From assembly GCA_963755715.1 (NCBI GenBank), contig CAVWLW010000055.1:1-34129 (forward strand): 34,129 nucleotides of DNA. Direction: 5' to 3'. Positions 8,527-17,644 of this stretch are shown piece by piece. Position 1 is the stretch's first letter. The number at the start of each line of letters is the position of its first letter. Position numbers and translations under genes: made by a program. A model generated the notes under the pieces. It was not told the origin of the DNA, did not search any database, and worked only from the letters and a program-made list of their open reading frames with translations. The DNA is from an uncultured delta proteobacterium. GTDB lineage: Bacteria > Desulfobacterota > Binatia > UBA9968.

Positions 8527-10261
8527 ATGGCCAAAGTTTCAACCGCCGACGCAATTTCTCAGCCCAGATTGCTCGGGATTGAGCCCGCAACAATTTGTAT
8601 CGCGGTGCTTTTCTCCATAGTCGCGTTTTTAGTCCTGACGCCGCTTTTGTTGCTGGTGGTGGGCAGCTTTCAACTCGCCCGACCCGGCGAAGCTCCAGTT
8701 TACGGCCTTGCCGGCTGGCGCCGCGCCTTCAGCGATCCGTCGATTCTCCAAGCCCTGTGGAACACGGTATCGCTCTCGGTTGTGCGCCAGTCGATCGCGC
8801 TGGTGATCGGCGTGCTGCTCTCCTGGCTGATTGCGCGCACCGATCTGCCGTGGAAAAAGGGCCTGGAGTTCATGTTCTGGATTTCCTTCTTTCTGCCGCC
8901 GCTGCCCGTCGCGCTGGGCTGGATCTTGCTTCTCGACGGCAAGTTCGGTTTGCTCAACCAATGGCTGCACAATCTGTCGATTGTCAGCGGACCGATTTTC
9001 AATATTTATTCCTACTGGGGCATCGTCTGGGTGCACATGACGACCAGCCTTGGCGTGAAAGTGCTGCTCTTGGCGCCGGCGTTTCGCAATCTCGATGCGA
9101 GCCTCGAAGAGAGCGCGCGCAGTTGCGGCGCCAATCCGGCCGTGACCCTGATTCGCATTGTCATCCCACTCATGATGCCGGCGATATTGGTATCGACCGT
9201 GTTGGGATTGATCCGCTCTATGGAAGCATTCGAGATCGAATTGTTGTTGGGCGTTCCCATCAACCTGTTCGTCTATTCGACAAAAATCCGCGACCTGGTC
9301 GCTTATGAGCCGCCGGAGTACGCCCCGGCGACCGCTCTCGGAAGTATTTTTTTATTGGTGCTGCTGATCATGGTCGTGCTGCAGCGCCGCTATCTCGGCC
9401 AGCGTCTTTATCGGACGGTGAGCGGGCGCGGCTTCAGCACCAATCCAACCAGTCTCGGCCGCTGGCGTTGGCCGATATTTTCGGCGGTGGCTTTAATTGC
9501 GTTCACTGTGACCGTTGTGCCTTTGGTGGTGCTCCTGATGGGCACGTTCATGCGCGCCTTCGGCTATTTCAATATTCCCCGACCTTGGACCATCGAAAAT
9601 TGGCAGCGAGTGCTCGCCGATCCGAGCCTGATCAAGTCGCTGTGGAACACGCTGATCGTCGGGCTCGGCACCGCGGTCAGCGGCGCGGCTTTTTACGCGC
9701 TGATCGCGTACGTGGTTGTGCGACGGCAATTTAAGGGAAAAGCGATTTTGGATTTTATCTCGTGGCTACCCTGGGCGATTCCGGGCATCCTGATGGGACT
9801 GGCGCTTTTGTGGACTGTTTTCGAAACGCAGGATTCTCTTGCCTCTGTACGGCTCGGTTTACCTGCTGATCATCGCTCTGTTCATCAAGAGCATGCCTTT
9901 CGGCGTTCAGATCGCCAAGAGCGTGCTAGTCCAACTTGGACCCGAGCTCGAAGAAGCCGCGCGCATATCCGGCGGTTCTTGGCTGCAATGTTACCGCCGC
10001 GTGCTGATCCCGCTCTTGACGCCGACGTTCATCGTCGTTGGCCTGCTCGGCTTTATCTCGGCGGCGCGCGATATCAGTACCATCGTATTGTTGGGTTCCA
10101 GCCAATCGCGCACGATGGCGCTGCTGGCGCTCGATTATGCCTTCGGCGGGCAATTCGAGCGCGGCGCCGTGGTCGCCTTTCTGACATCGCTCGTTGTCAT
10201 CGTCATCGCTTTGATCGCTCACGTCGTCGGCAGCAAGGTCGGCATCGGCGGTCACCGTTAG
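8527..10261 (+). CDS. ABC transporter permease (FbpB/ThiP-like, two TM modules), one +1 frameshift near 9829
   Basis: Two EAA loops (LEESARSCGA; LEEAARISGG). The hydrophobic frame switches at FET|xILLPLYG and continues in ORF 9839-10261. Confidence 0.88.
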
Positions 10262-10297
10262 AATGTTTGGATCTTCCGGATTTGCTGTAAAGATGTT

Positions 10298-10705
10298 TTC
10301 ACCACGAAGGACCCAGCGCGGCAGAGCCGCAACCGAAACTCGGAAGTATCTCACCGCAAAGACGCAAAGGGCGCAAAGTTCGGAGATTGAGCGTGAAAAT
10401 CATTTATAAGAGTTTTTGTCCTTTCCCCATAACCTTGGCGCCTTTGCGCCTTGGCGGGAGAAATTCGACTCGATACTCGATGAAAATTTGCGCAGGCCGC
10501 GCAAATTTTTAACTATAGTAATACGAAGAGCACGAAGGAGAGAAGATTTAAGCGCAAAGCGCCCGAAGGACGAGAAGAATTCGCGTTTCACAGCTTTAGG
10601 GGGCAGCCCGCTGTGGCGGCCTTTTCGAAATTCCCCGCGTAGCCCACGACATTGAGAAGCAGAAATATCCGAAACCTTCGTGTCCTTCGTGCTCTTCGTG
10701 GTGAA
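10298..10705. repeat. Nested 9-mer palindromic (REP/MITE-like) composite element
   Basis: Outer arms of (CACGAAGnn)n at 10298-10312 plus 10523-10538, and 10675-10705. Inner (CGCAAAGnn)n arms at 10349-10378 and 10433-10461. Perfect 11-bp hairpin at 10483-10509. Confidence 0.75.
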
Positions 10706-10786
10706 CAAAACAAGCTGAACGTGACACATGTTCCACACAAAGGCTGAAATCCGAATTATTTTTTCGATTTTCTTAGAGGATCACCC

Positions 10787-12196
10787 ATGACCACTGCAAT
10801 CGTCACCGACTTGAGGAGTTATTTAAACGTGCTGGAACAGGCCGGCGAGCTTTCGCGGGTCAGGGTTCCGGTCAGTTTAGAGCAAGAAATCGGCGCCATC
10901 TGTTTGCGCAACTTGCGCGCCGGCGGTCCCGGCTTGTTGTTCGAACGGCCCGGTGAACGCGCGATGCCTTTAGCCGTCGACCTGCTGGCGTCGCGCCGGC
11001 GTTATGCGTTGGCGCTCGGCATCGAAGCCGATCAATTGGCAACGGAGTGGAACCGGCGCACGAGCAATCCGCTTCCCCCCGTGATTGTCGAGCGCGGGGC
11101 GTGTCAAGAAAACGTCCTGATGGGCAAGGAGATCGATCTCAACAAACTGCCGGTGCCGATCTGGAACGAGCTCGACGGGGGACCATTTCTGACGTTGTCA
11201 TGCCATATCACTAAGGATCCGGTGACCCAGGGTCGAAACGTCGGGCTGTATCGAAATCAAGTTCACGATGGAAATACGCTGGGCATTCTTGCCGCTCCGT
11301 ACACGCATCTAAATCTCCAGCGCAACAAAGCTCCGAACGAGCCGTTTCCGGTGGCGCTGGTGCTCGGTGCCGATCCCACCGTGGTGATGACCGCCCCCGC
11401 GCCGATTCCGTTTGGCATCGACGAACTCGCCATCGCCGGCGCGCTGCGCGGCAAGCCGCTCGAGCTTGTGACTTGTAAGACGATTCCACTGGAGGTGCCC
11501 GCCTCAGCTGAAATCATTATCGAAGGCGAAATTTTACCTGACGAATTACGAGAAGAAGGTCCGTTCGGGGAATTCACCGGGCACTACGGCGGGCACAAGG
11601 CGCCGCGGCCGGTCATTCGGGTTAAAGCGATCACGCATCGAAATCAGCCGATTCTGCAGGCGAGCTACGAAGGGATGCAACCGAACGAATCGGGTTTTTT
11701 GACCGCCGTGCCGCGGGAAGCGGAAATAATCCGGCAAGTGTCTCTGCCGGGAATAAAAAAAGTCAATGTGACCGTGCCAGCGGGGGGAGCCTTACACGCG
11801 GTGGTCGCGGTGGAGAAACCGTACGAGGGATTCGGCAAGTACGTGGGGCTTGCGGTACTCGGCAGCGTCGCCGGGCGTTACATCAAGCAAGTCATCATCG
11901 TCGATGCCGACATCGATCCCTTCGATCCGATTCAAGTCGAGTGGGCGGTTTCCACACGGGTGCAGGCCAATCGCGATATCGAGATTCTCAAGCAGCTCAC
12001 GGGGATTATTCTCGATCCCTCTTTGCCCAAGGAAGAGCAGTGGACCACCTCGCGGACCTCGAAAATGATCATCGACGCGACCCGCTACGATGCCAAGAAT
12101 TTTCCGCCAATTTGTTTGCCGGCAAGCGAAGCGATGGCCAAAGTGGAAAAAGAATGGGCGCGCTACGGCATTCCACTCGACGTTCGAAAGGATTGA
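10787..12196 (+). CDS. UbiD-family prFMN-dependent (de)carboxylase (paralog 2)
   Basis: DLRSYLNVLEQAGEL, DGGPF, NVGLYR, VPASAEIIIEG, EGPFGEFTG, VDADIDPFD, LDPS, SKMIIDAT. Confidence 0.95.
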   Translation: MTTAIVTDLRSYLNVLEQAGELSRVRVPVSLEQEIGAICLRNLRAGGPGLLFERPGERAMPLAVDLLASRRRYALALGIEADQLATEWNRRTSNPLPPVIVERGACQENVLMGKEIDLNKLPVPIWNELDGGPFLTLSCHITKDPVTQGRNVGLYRNQVHDGNTLGILAAPYTHLNLQRNKAPNEPFPVALVLGADPTVVMTAPAPIPFGIDELAIAGALRGKPLELVTCKTIPLEVPASAEIIIEGEILPDELREEGPFGEFTGHYGGHKAPRPVIRVKAITHRNQPILQASYEGMQPNESGFLTAVPREAEIIRQVSLPGIKKVNVTVPAGGALHAVVAVEKPYEGFGKYVGLAVLGSVAGRYIKQVIIVDADIDPFDPIQVEWAVSTRVQANRDIEILKQLTGIILDPSLPKEEQWTTSRTSKMIIDATRYDAKNFPPICLPASEAMAKVEKEWARYGIPLDVRKD

Positions 12197-12269
12197 AAGG
12201 TCTGCTAGCGCTGTTTGATCACTGCCGGATCGCTCTCTAGCCGGAAGCCTTGTCGCAGCGGAAACTCAA

Positions 12270-12350
12270 ATGGCAGAATCGGTTCCCGCGCAAGATTTGC
12301 CCAGCTTTTTGCAATTGCTCGAAGACGAAGGCGAGCTTGCGAGAAAATGA
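12270..12350 (+). pseudogene. N-terminal stub of a UbiD-family gene (26 codons)
   Basis: Translates MAESVPAQDLPSFLQLLEDEGELARK*, matching the UbiD N-terminus DLRxxLxxLExxGEL. It ends at the cupin terminator. Confidence 0.7.
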
Positions 12351-12387
12351 AAAAGCTGGGAAGCCCGCCGAACGCGGGCCTCCCAGC
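12344..12387 (-). terminator. Rho-independent terminator of cupin paralog 2
   Basis: 14-bp stem at 12355-12368/12374-12387 (one G-U pair on the minus strand), 5-nt loop, then UUUUUCAUUUU. Begins about 11 nt after the stop codon. Confidence 0.75.
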
Positions 12388-12398
12388 ACTGAAAAAAA

Positions 12399-13541
12399 TC
12401 AATCGACGGAGATAGGGTCGTTGCGGTAAGTGATCGGCGGCATGTGGCACTCGACGCCGTTCTTTTTGCACCGCTCGACGAACTCCCGGCGAATTTCCGG
12501 ATCTTCATCCTCGTATTCGATCAAGGTGCCGCCTTCGCGCAAGCTCGTCGTCGGTCCTTCGCGGTTGTTGCGCGTGCTGGCGTCGTGGATGGTCGTCGGA
12601 TTCTTGCGGCTGCCGAGACGGAGCGCGATATGCCTGGCCGGCTCGGAGCTGGTATTCAGATGAGTGTGGAACCAGCCGTCGGGAGGACTGTAAATACTGC
12701 CGGGCTTCCAATCGCATCGGACGACCTGATCGCCTTTGCCATTCTGGAAGGGACGGACGCCCAATTCTTTTGGCCACATGTAGATATAGCCCTGTGAGCG
12801 CACGACGAGAAGAATCGCGCCTGCCGCGTGATAGTGGGCCTTGTGATAGATGCCGGACGGCCATTCCGACATATGTCCAATCAGGCTGTTGTCCGCCATT
12901 TCGAAGCAGGTGATCCCCCCTTCAGCAACCTTGTAAGGCGCGCTATCGAGGGGCGCGGTTCTCGCGTCAGCGATGAAATTCGTGTCCCACATGCTCGTCC
13001 GTTTCGCTTTATAGCGCTTGGTGCTCATGGCGAAGTAGGAGTCTTCGCCCTGGTAGCGGGATTTAAACGCGTAAGGGTTTTTGAAAACAAAATCCGAGTC
13101 GCGAAAGAAATCCATGATAATCGGCGCGGTGGTGACAGCCAGCAGAAAGGCTGACTCGCGTGCGCCGTTGTAGAGGCGGTGCCAGGTGTTGAGCGGCGGA
13201 GCGAAGAGACTGCCTTCGGACCATTCAAAAGCCTGCTTGCGCATGCCGTCGTACCAGACCTCGGTGCTGCCGCGTCCCTTCAAGACATACAAAAGTTCGT
13301 CATACATATGTCTTTCAGGTTCCAGCGCGCCGCCTGGCGGAATCTCGACGACGTACATGCCGGTAACGCCGCCGCCGCCCTTGAGCTGGATGAATGAGCC
13401 GGTACCGCCCATGCGCGGCCACGGCTTGCGCGGTAGTTCGGTCACATCCTCGACTGCAAGTCCCGCAAAAATCGGAATACCTTCCTCTTCCATCCAGCGC
13501 AGATAGGCGGCTTTCTGCGGCGTGTATACGATTTCGTCCAT
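12399..13541 (-). CDS. Bicupin protein, gentisate 1,2-dioxygenase-like (paralog 2)
   Basis: EIPPGGALEPERHMYDE, GSLFAPPLNTWH, YHKAHYH, PPDGWFHTH, IEYEDEDPEIR. Confidence 0.85.
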   Translation of the reverse strand: MDEIVYTPQKAAYLRWMEEEGIPIFAGLAVEDVTELPRKPWPRMGGTGSFIQLKGGGGVTGMYVVEIPPGGALEPERHMYDELLYVLKGRGSTEVWYDGMRKQAFEWSEGSLFAPPLNTWHRLYNGARESAFLLAVTTAPIIMDFFRDSDFVFKNPYAFKSRYQGEDSYFAMSTKRYKAKRTSMWDTNFIADARTAPLDSAPYKVAEGGITCFEMADNSLIGHMSEWPSGIYHKAHYHAAGAILLVVRSQGYIYMWPKELGVRPFQNGKGDQVVRCDWKPGSIYSPPDGWFHTHLNTSSEPARHIALRLGSRKNPTTIHDASTRNNREGPTTSLREGGTLIEYEDEDPEIRREFVERCKKNGVECHMPPITYRNDPISVD

Positions 13542-13881
13542 CCTAACCCCTCCGTTCTCGAAAGTGAATTTTGATTCTTTAATAGTGTCTAGTGCGTTGC
13601 CTTGTCAAGCTGCTGTGGACTCGAAGGTTTGGTTACCAATCCTTAATAGAATAGAAGCGGCTTGCGCGGATTGGTTTGAGCTTTTAGCCCGGACTAAATC
13701 CGTCGCGAGACGCGGTGATTTCAGATCTTCGTCTACCGCCACCTTGCTCGTCATGACGGCGCCGCCAGTTTCTCGGGATCGAGCCGGGAAATCATTTGCG
13801 CGGTGGAAGGTGGAGTTGATATGAACGGATGGTGCGCCGCTGAAGTTGGCGTCGGTTATCTGCGGCGGGGAAGAGGTCTTT

Positions 13882-14809
13882 ATGCGCATCGACGTGCACG
13901 CGCACTATTACCCGGAGAAGTACATTGCTTACGTGTCTCGCTTGCGCGGCGAAACGAATTATCGAATCCGCGCGTCCTGGCGCCGCGGTCACCCTCGAAC
14001 AGCGCGTTGATCTGCTGAACCAATCCGGCATCCGCGTGCAGATCCTATCCGTCGGCGCGCAGCAGCCGTACTCTACCAACGCCCAGGAAGCGATCAGCGC
14101 GGCCAGGCTAGGCAATGACCTATACGCCGAAGTGTGCGCTCAGCATGGCGGCCATTTTGCGGCCATCGCGGCCTTGCCGTTGCCCCATGTCGATGCGGCA
14201 CTGGCCGAGATGACGCGCGCTCTTGACGATCTTGGCATGGTCGGCGTCAGTCTTGGTTGTTCGATCGTTGGCCGTCCATTGGATGAGGCGGCGTTCGAGC
14301 CTATGTTTGCCGAGCTGGATCGCCGCGGCGCGGTTTTATTTCTTCACCCGGTCGGCCGCGGCTGCGGCTCGCTCCTGGAAGGCTTCGACTTGAATTTTCC
14401 CCTGGGAGCGCCTTTCGAAGATACCGTTGCCGCGCTCCGATTGATTTTGGCGGGCATCGTCGACCGCTATCCAAGGCTCCGCATTATCGTGCCTCACCTC
14501 GGCGGCACCCTGCCGTTTTTGATCGAACGCCTCGACGGCTCGCTGGCCGAGCGCACCCAGTACAAGCCCAGCGAGTACTTGAGACGATTGTGGTATGACA
14601 CGGTTAACGGAAGTAGGGCCGCGCTGCGCTGCGCGCGTGACGCTTTCGGAGCGGATCGGTTGCTTTTGGGCACTGATTTTCCGCATCTGGCGGGGCCAAG
14701 GTTCGAACAGTGCGTGAGTTACATCGAGCAATCGGAGCTGGCATCGGAAGAAAAGAGCGCCGTCCTCGATCGCAATGCCCAGTCGTTGCTCGGCCTCAGA
14801 GAACGTTAG
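13882..14809 (+). CDS. Amidohydrolase-2 family protein (ACMSD/6-methylsalicylate-decarboxylase-like), +1 frameshift near 13975
   Basis: True start MRIDVHAHYYP (HxH) at 13882 after GAGG. Continues in ORF 13925-14809 with FLHP, PHLGGTLP, YDT, GTDFPH. Confidence 0.87.
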
Positions 14810-14864
14810 AGCTGTTTCCGCGGGTCATTGTCCGCGCCCACTCGCAAGGAGGATACGATCCATC

Positions 14865-14933
14865 ATGGCGAAGAAACGTTCCGCAAAGAATTCTACAACG
14901 CGACCTATCGACGACGTGCGCAGCTATTTAAAT
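14865..14933 (+). pseudogene. Probable N-terminal stub of another UbiD gene, in frame with the downstream SBP
   Basis: AAGGAGG RBS, then MAKKRSAKNSTTRPIDDVRSYLN (compare UbiD-2 IVTDLRSYLN). A second RBS and the SBP start follow. Confidence 0.5.
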
Positions 14934-14954
14934 AGCGCAGGCCAAGGAGGATGG

Positions 14955-15923
14955 ATGGCTTACCATCGGATTCTTGCCGTCGTGGGTTTTGTGCTGGTTC
15001 TTGGCGTTGCTCCGGGCGTCCAGACTGCCGAGCTGTCGCCGATAAATTTTGTTTCTTCGGGTTCCGGCGGGATCGTTGAAGTGATCCGGTTCTCCCAGAA
15101 ACAGGGCTTCTTCAAGAAACAAGGGCTCGACGTGACCATGATCTACGTCCCGAGCGGCGTGCTGGCGGCGCAGACGGTGGTCTCCGGGTCGGCGCTGATC
15201 GCCAATAATTCCGTCAGTGACATTTTGAATGCAATCGCCGCCGGCGCGCCCCTCAAGATCCTCACCGTGAACATCGACCGGTTCCAACATCTGTTCGTCG
15301 CCCGGCCGGGCATCAACTCGCCGAAGGACATGAAGGGCAAGAAAGTCGCCGTCAGCCGCTACGGCGCTTTTTCCGACATCGAGACGCGATTTCTGATCCG
15401 CCAGTGGGGCATGGACCCGGAGCGGGACGTCCAAGTGCTTCAGATCGGCAATTCGGCGGCGCGCTCCGCGGCATTGATGAGCGGCGGCATCGATGGCGCC
15501 GTGGTGACGCCCGCTTTTGTGCCGGTGGCAAGAAATGCCGGCCTCAACGTCATCTTCGATCTTTCGACGATCAAGACGAGATTCGCGAACATCGGCTTGA
15601 TGGCGCAGGAACGACTGATCCGCGAACAACCGCGGCTCGTCAAGGGGGCGGTGGCCGGCCTGGTCCATGGAATTAAATTTTGGAAGACCAATCCGGAGGT
15701 CGCCAAGGCCTATCTGAAACAGATCCACAAAGTCTCCGCCGCGGATCTCGATAGCATCTACGAGGACGGCAGCAAGAACGTCCGCTCCGAGCCGACGCCC
15801 GATTTAGACGGCATCCAGACCGCTTGGGAAAGCATCCCAGAGTTAAAGGCGCGCGGCCCGGTGGATTTTAAAAAGTTTGTGGACTCGCGCTTCATCGAAG
15901 AAGTGCTGCGGGAAATGAAATGA
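14955..15923 (+). CDS. SsuA/TauA/THI5(NMT1)-like periplasmic substrate-binding protein
   Basis: AAGGAGG at 14944, signal peptide, GFFKKQGLDV, DMKGKKVAVS, GMDPERDV, ALMSGGIDG. Confidence 0.88.
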   Translation: MAYHRILAVVGFVLVLGVAPGVQTAELSPINFVSSGSGGIVEVIRFSQKQGFFKKQGLDVTMIYVPSGVLAAQTVVSGSALIANNSVSDILNAIAAGAPLKILTVNIDRFQHLFVARPGINSPKDMKGKKVAVSRYGAFSDIETRFLIRQWGMDPERDVQVLQIGNSAARSAALMSGGIDGAVVTPAFVPVARNAGLNVIFDLSTIKTRFANIGLMAQERLIREQPRLVKGAVAGLVHGIKFWKTNPEVAKAYLKQIHKVSAADLDSIYEDGSKNVRSEPTPDLDGIQTAWESIPELKARGPVDFKKFVDSRFIEEVLREMK

Positions 15924-15957
15924 GTCTTGCCTGGAGCGCGAAGACTCGGGAGCAAAG

Positions 15958-17400
15958 ATGAAAACCGATTTGCGATCCTGGCTAACTGATGTCGAAGCGC
16001 ATGGCGAGCTCAAGACGGTCGACGGCGCTGACTGGAACAAGGAGATCGGCACCGTGGTCGAGCTCAACGCCAAGGCGCGCGGCCCGGCGTTGCTGTTCGA
16101 CAAGATCAAGGATTATCCGGCGGGATTTCGTCTGCTCGCCGGCGCGATGTCGAGCGCCAAGCGCTTGTCGCTGACTTTGGGGATGCCGCTTGATGTTGAA
16201 GGCTTGGACTTGATCCGCAGCATGAAGGACAGAATGCGCGGCTGGAGCGATGAGCTCGATGAGTTTCCACCGATGCCGGTCAAGGATGGAGCGATCTTTC
16301 AAAACGTCGACGAAGGGGAGCAGGTCAACCTGCTCAAGTTCCCCGCGCCGTTGTGGCACCACGATGATGGCGGGCGCTACATCGGCACTGGCTCGGTGGC
16401 GATCATGCGCGAGCGCAGCGGCGATTGGGTCAATCTCGGCACCTACCGGGTGATGATTCATGACGAAAAGTCCGCCGGCATTTTTATTGCCCCGGGCCAT
16501 CATGGGCGGATTATTATGGACAGCTATTGGAAGGCGGGAGAGCCCTGTCCGATTGCGATCTCTGCCGGACACCATCCGGTGTTTCTCTTCGCCGGCTCTT
16601 TCTCTTTGCCGCCGCGGGTGCCTGAGTATAATTACGTCGGCTCGGTGTTGCACGAACGCATCCCCGTGGTCGCCGGACGCTTGACCGGTCTGCCGCTGCC
16701 GGTGTTCAGCGAAATCGTTCTTGAGGGATTCCTTTTTCCCAATGAGCTCAAGAGCGAAGGAAAGTTCGGCGAATGGCCGGGCTACTATGTCAGCGACGCC
16801 AGGCCGGAACCGGTCATCCAAGTAAAGGCGGTTTACTATCGTAACGATCCGATTATTTTAGGCGCATGGCCGGGGCGGCCGCCGCACGACAGCACCTACC
16901 GCCATTCGATCATCAAATCGGCCAATCTTTGGGACTTGCTCGAGCGCGCCAGAATCGGCGGCATCACCGGCGTGTATCGGCCGGAGTCGGGCGCGGCAAA
17001 TCTTCTGACCTTGATCAGTCTCAAGCAGACTTATGACGGTCAGGCGCGCCAGGCGGCGATCGTCGCTTCGCAGCTCCTCCAACCTTCGCATCCGACGCGC
17101 TACGTGATCGTCGTCGACGACGATATCGATGTCATGAACCTCGAAGACATTATGTGGGCGGTGTGCACGCGCAGCGATCCGATCCGCTCGATCACGCTCC
17201 TCGACCACACCCGAGCGAATTTTCTCGATCCGATGGTGCGTTCGCGTTTCGACGAAAATGCCGGCCACACGAGCTCCTGCGCGGTGATCGACGCCTGCCG
17301 TCCATTCGCTTTGCGCGATCGCTTTCCCAAAGTGGCCGAGTCGAGCGCGGAGTTCAAAAAACAGATCAGGGAAAAATGGGCGGGAATCTTGAATCTTTAA
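15958..17400 (+). CDS. UbiD-family prFMN-dependent (de)carboxylase (paralog 3)
   Basis: DLRSWL..GEL, PALLFDKIKDYP, DGGRYIGT, NLGTYR, EGKFGEWPGYY, VDDDID, WAVCTRSDP, IDACRP. Confidence 0.95.
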   Translation: MKTDLRSWLTDVEAHGELKTVDGADWNKEIGTVVELNAKARGPALLFDKIKDYPAGFRLLAGAMSSAKRLSLTLGMPLDVEGLDLIRSMKDRMRGWSDELDEFPPMPVKDGAIFQNVDEGEQVNLLKFPAPLWHHDDGGRYIGTGSVAIMRERSGDWVNLGTYRVMIHDEKSAGIFIAPGHHGRIIMDSYWKAGEPCPIAISAGHHPVFLFAGSFSLPPRVPEYNYVGSVLHERIPVVAGRLTGLPLPVFSEIVLEGFLFPNELKSEGKFGEWPGYYVSDARPEPVIQVKAVYYRNDPIILGAWPGRPPHDSTYRHSIIKSANLWDLLERARIGGITGVYRPESGAANLLTLISLKQTYDGQARQAAIVASQLLQPSHPTRYVIVVDDDIDVMNLEDIMWAVCTRSDPIRSITLLDHTRANFLDPMVRSRFDENAGHTSSCAVIDACRPFALRDRFPKVAESSAEFKKQIREKWAGILNL

Positions 17401-17418
17401 AACAACGGGAGCAGGTAT

Positions 17419-17543
17419 CCCGGCGGTTATATGCGCGCGTCGAGGAGAGATGCAAATCGTCTTCTCCGAATCGAGAGCCACATGGATATGATTGCGAGCG
17501 AAATAGAAATCCGGATCCCCTGGAGTTTCGCCTCCTCAATGCC
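17419..17543 (+). pseudogene. Fragment of a xanthine dehydrogenase/CoxL-family molybdopterin-binding subunit (central part)
   Basis: Read across frameshifts: PGGYMRA..GEMQIVF..IESHMDMIASEI..DPLEFRLLNA, matching the family motif RxxGxxQxxFxxExxxDxxAxxLgxDPxExRxxN. Confidence 0.75.
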
Positions 17544-17558
17544 TGTGCCTGACCAGCC

Positions 17559-17608
17559 TGCCAATCTCTTGTGAAAAAATTTACCAAGGGCTGCAGCGAA
17601 AACAGTAG
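17559..17608 (+). repeat. 50-bp dispersed repeat, copy 1
   Basis: 43/50 identical to 26863-26912. The first 20 nt (TGCCAATCTCTTGTGAAAAA) are identical. Confidence 0.9.
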
Positions 17609-17644
17609 AGCCGAACTATTTGCCGAAGAAATTATCGCTAGATC

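Noticed and set aside
10400-10738. ORFs 10400-10738 and 10416-10655
   Set aside because: Translations of the 9-mer palindromic repeats (TTKSTKDTK, LGAFAPWRE).
13579-13608. Minus-strand TTGACA upstream of cupin 2
   Set aside because: The -35 is perfect but no convincing -10 lies at 16-18 nt, so it is not called as a feature.
13605-13889. Minus-strand ORF that could be a gene remnant (..LDPEKLAAPS* overlapping MTSKVAVD..)
   Set aside because: It looks gene-like but no family could be recognised.
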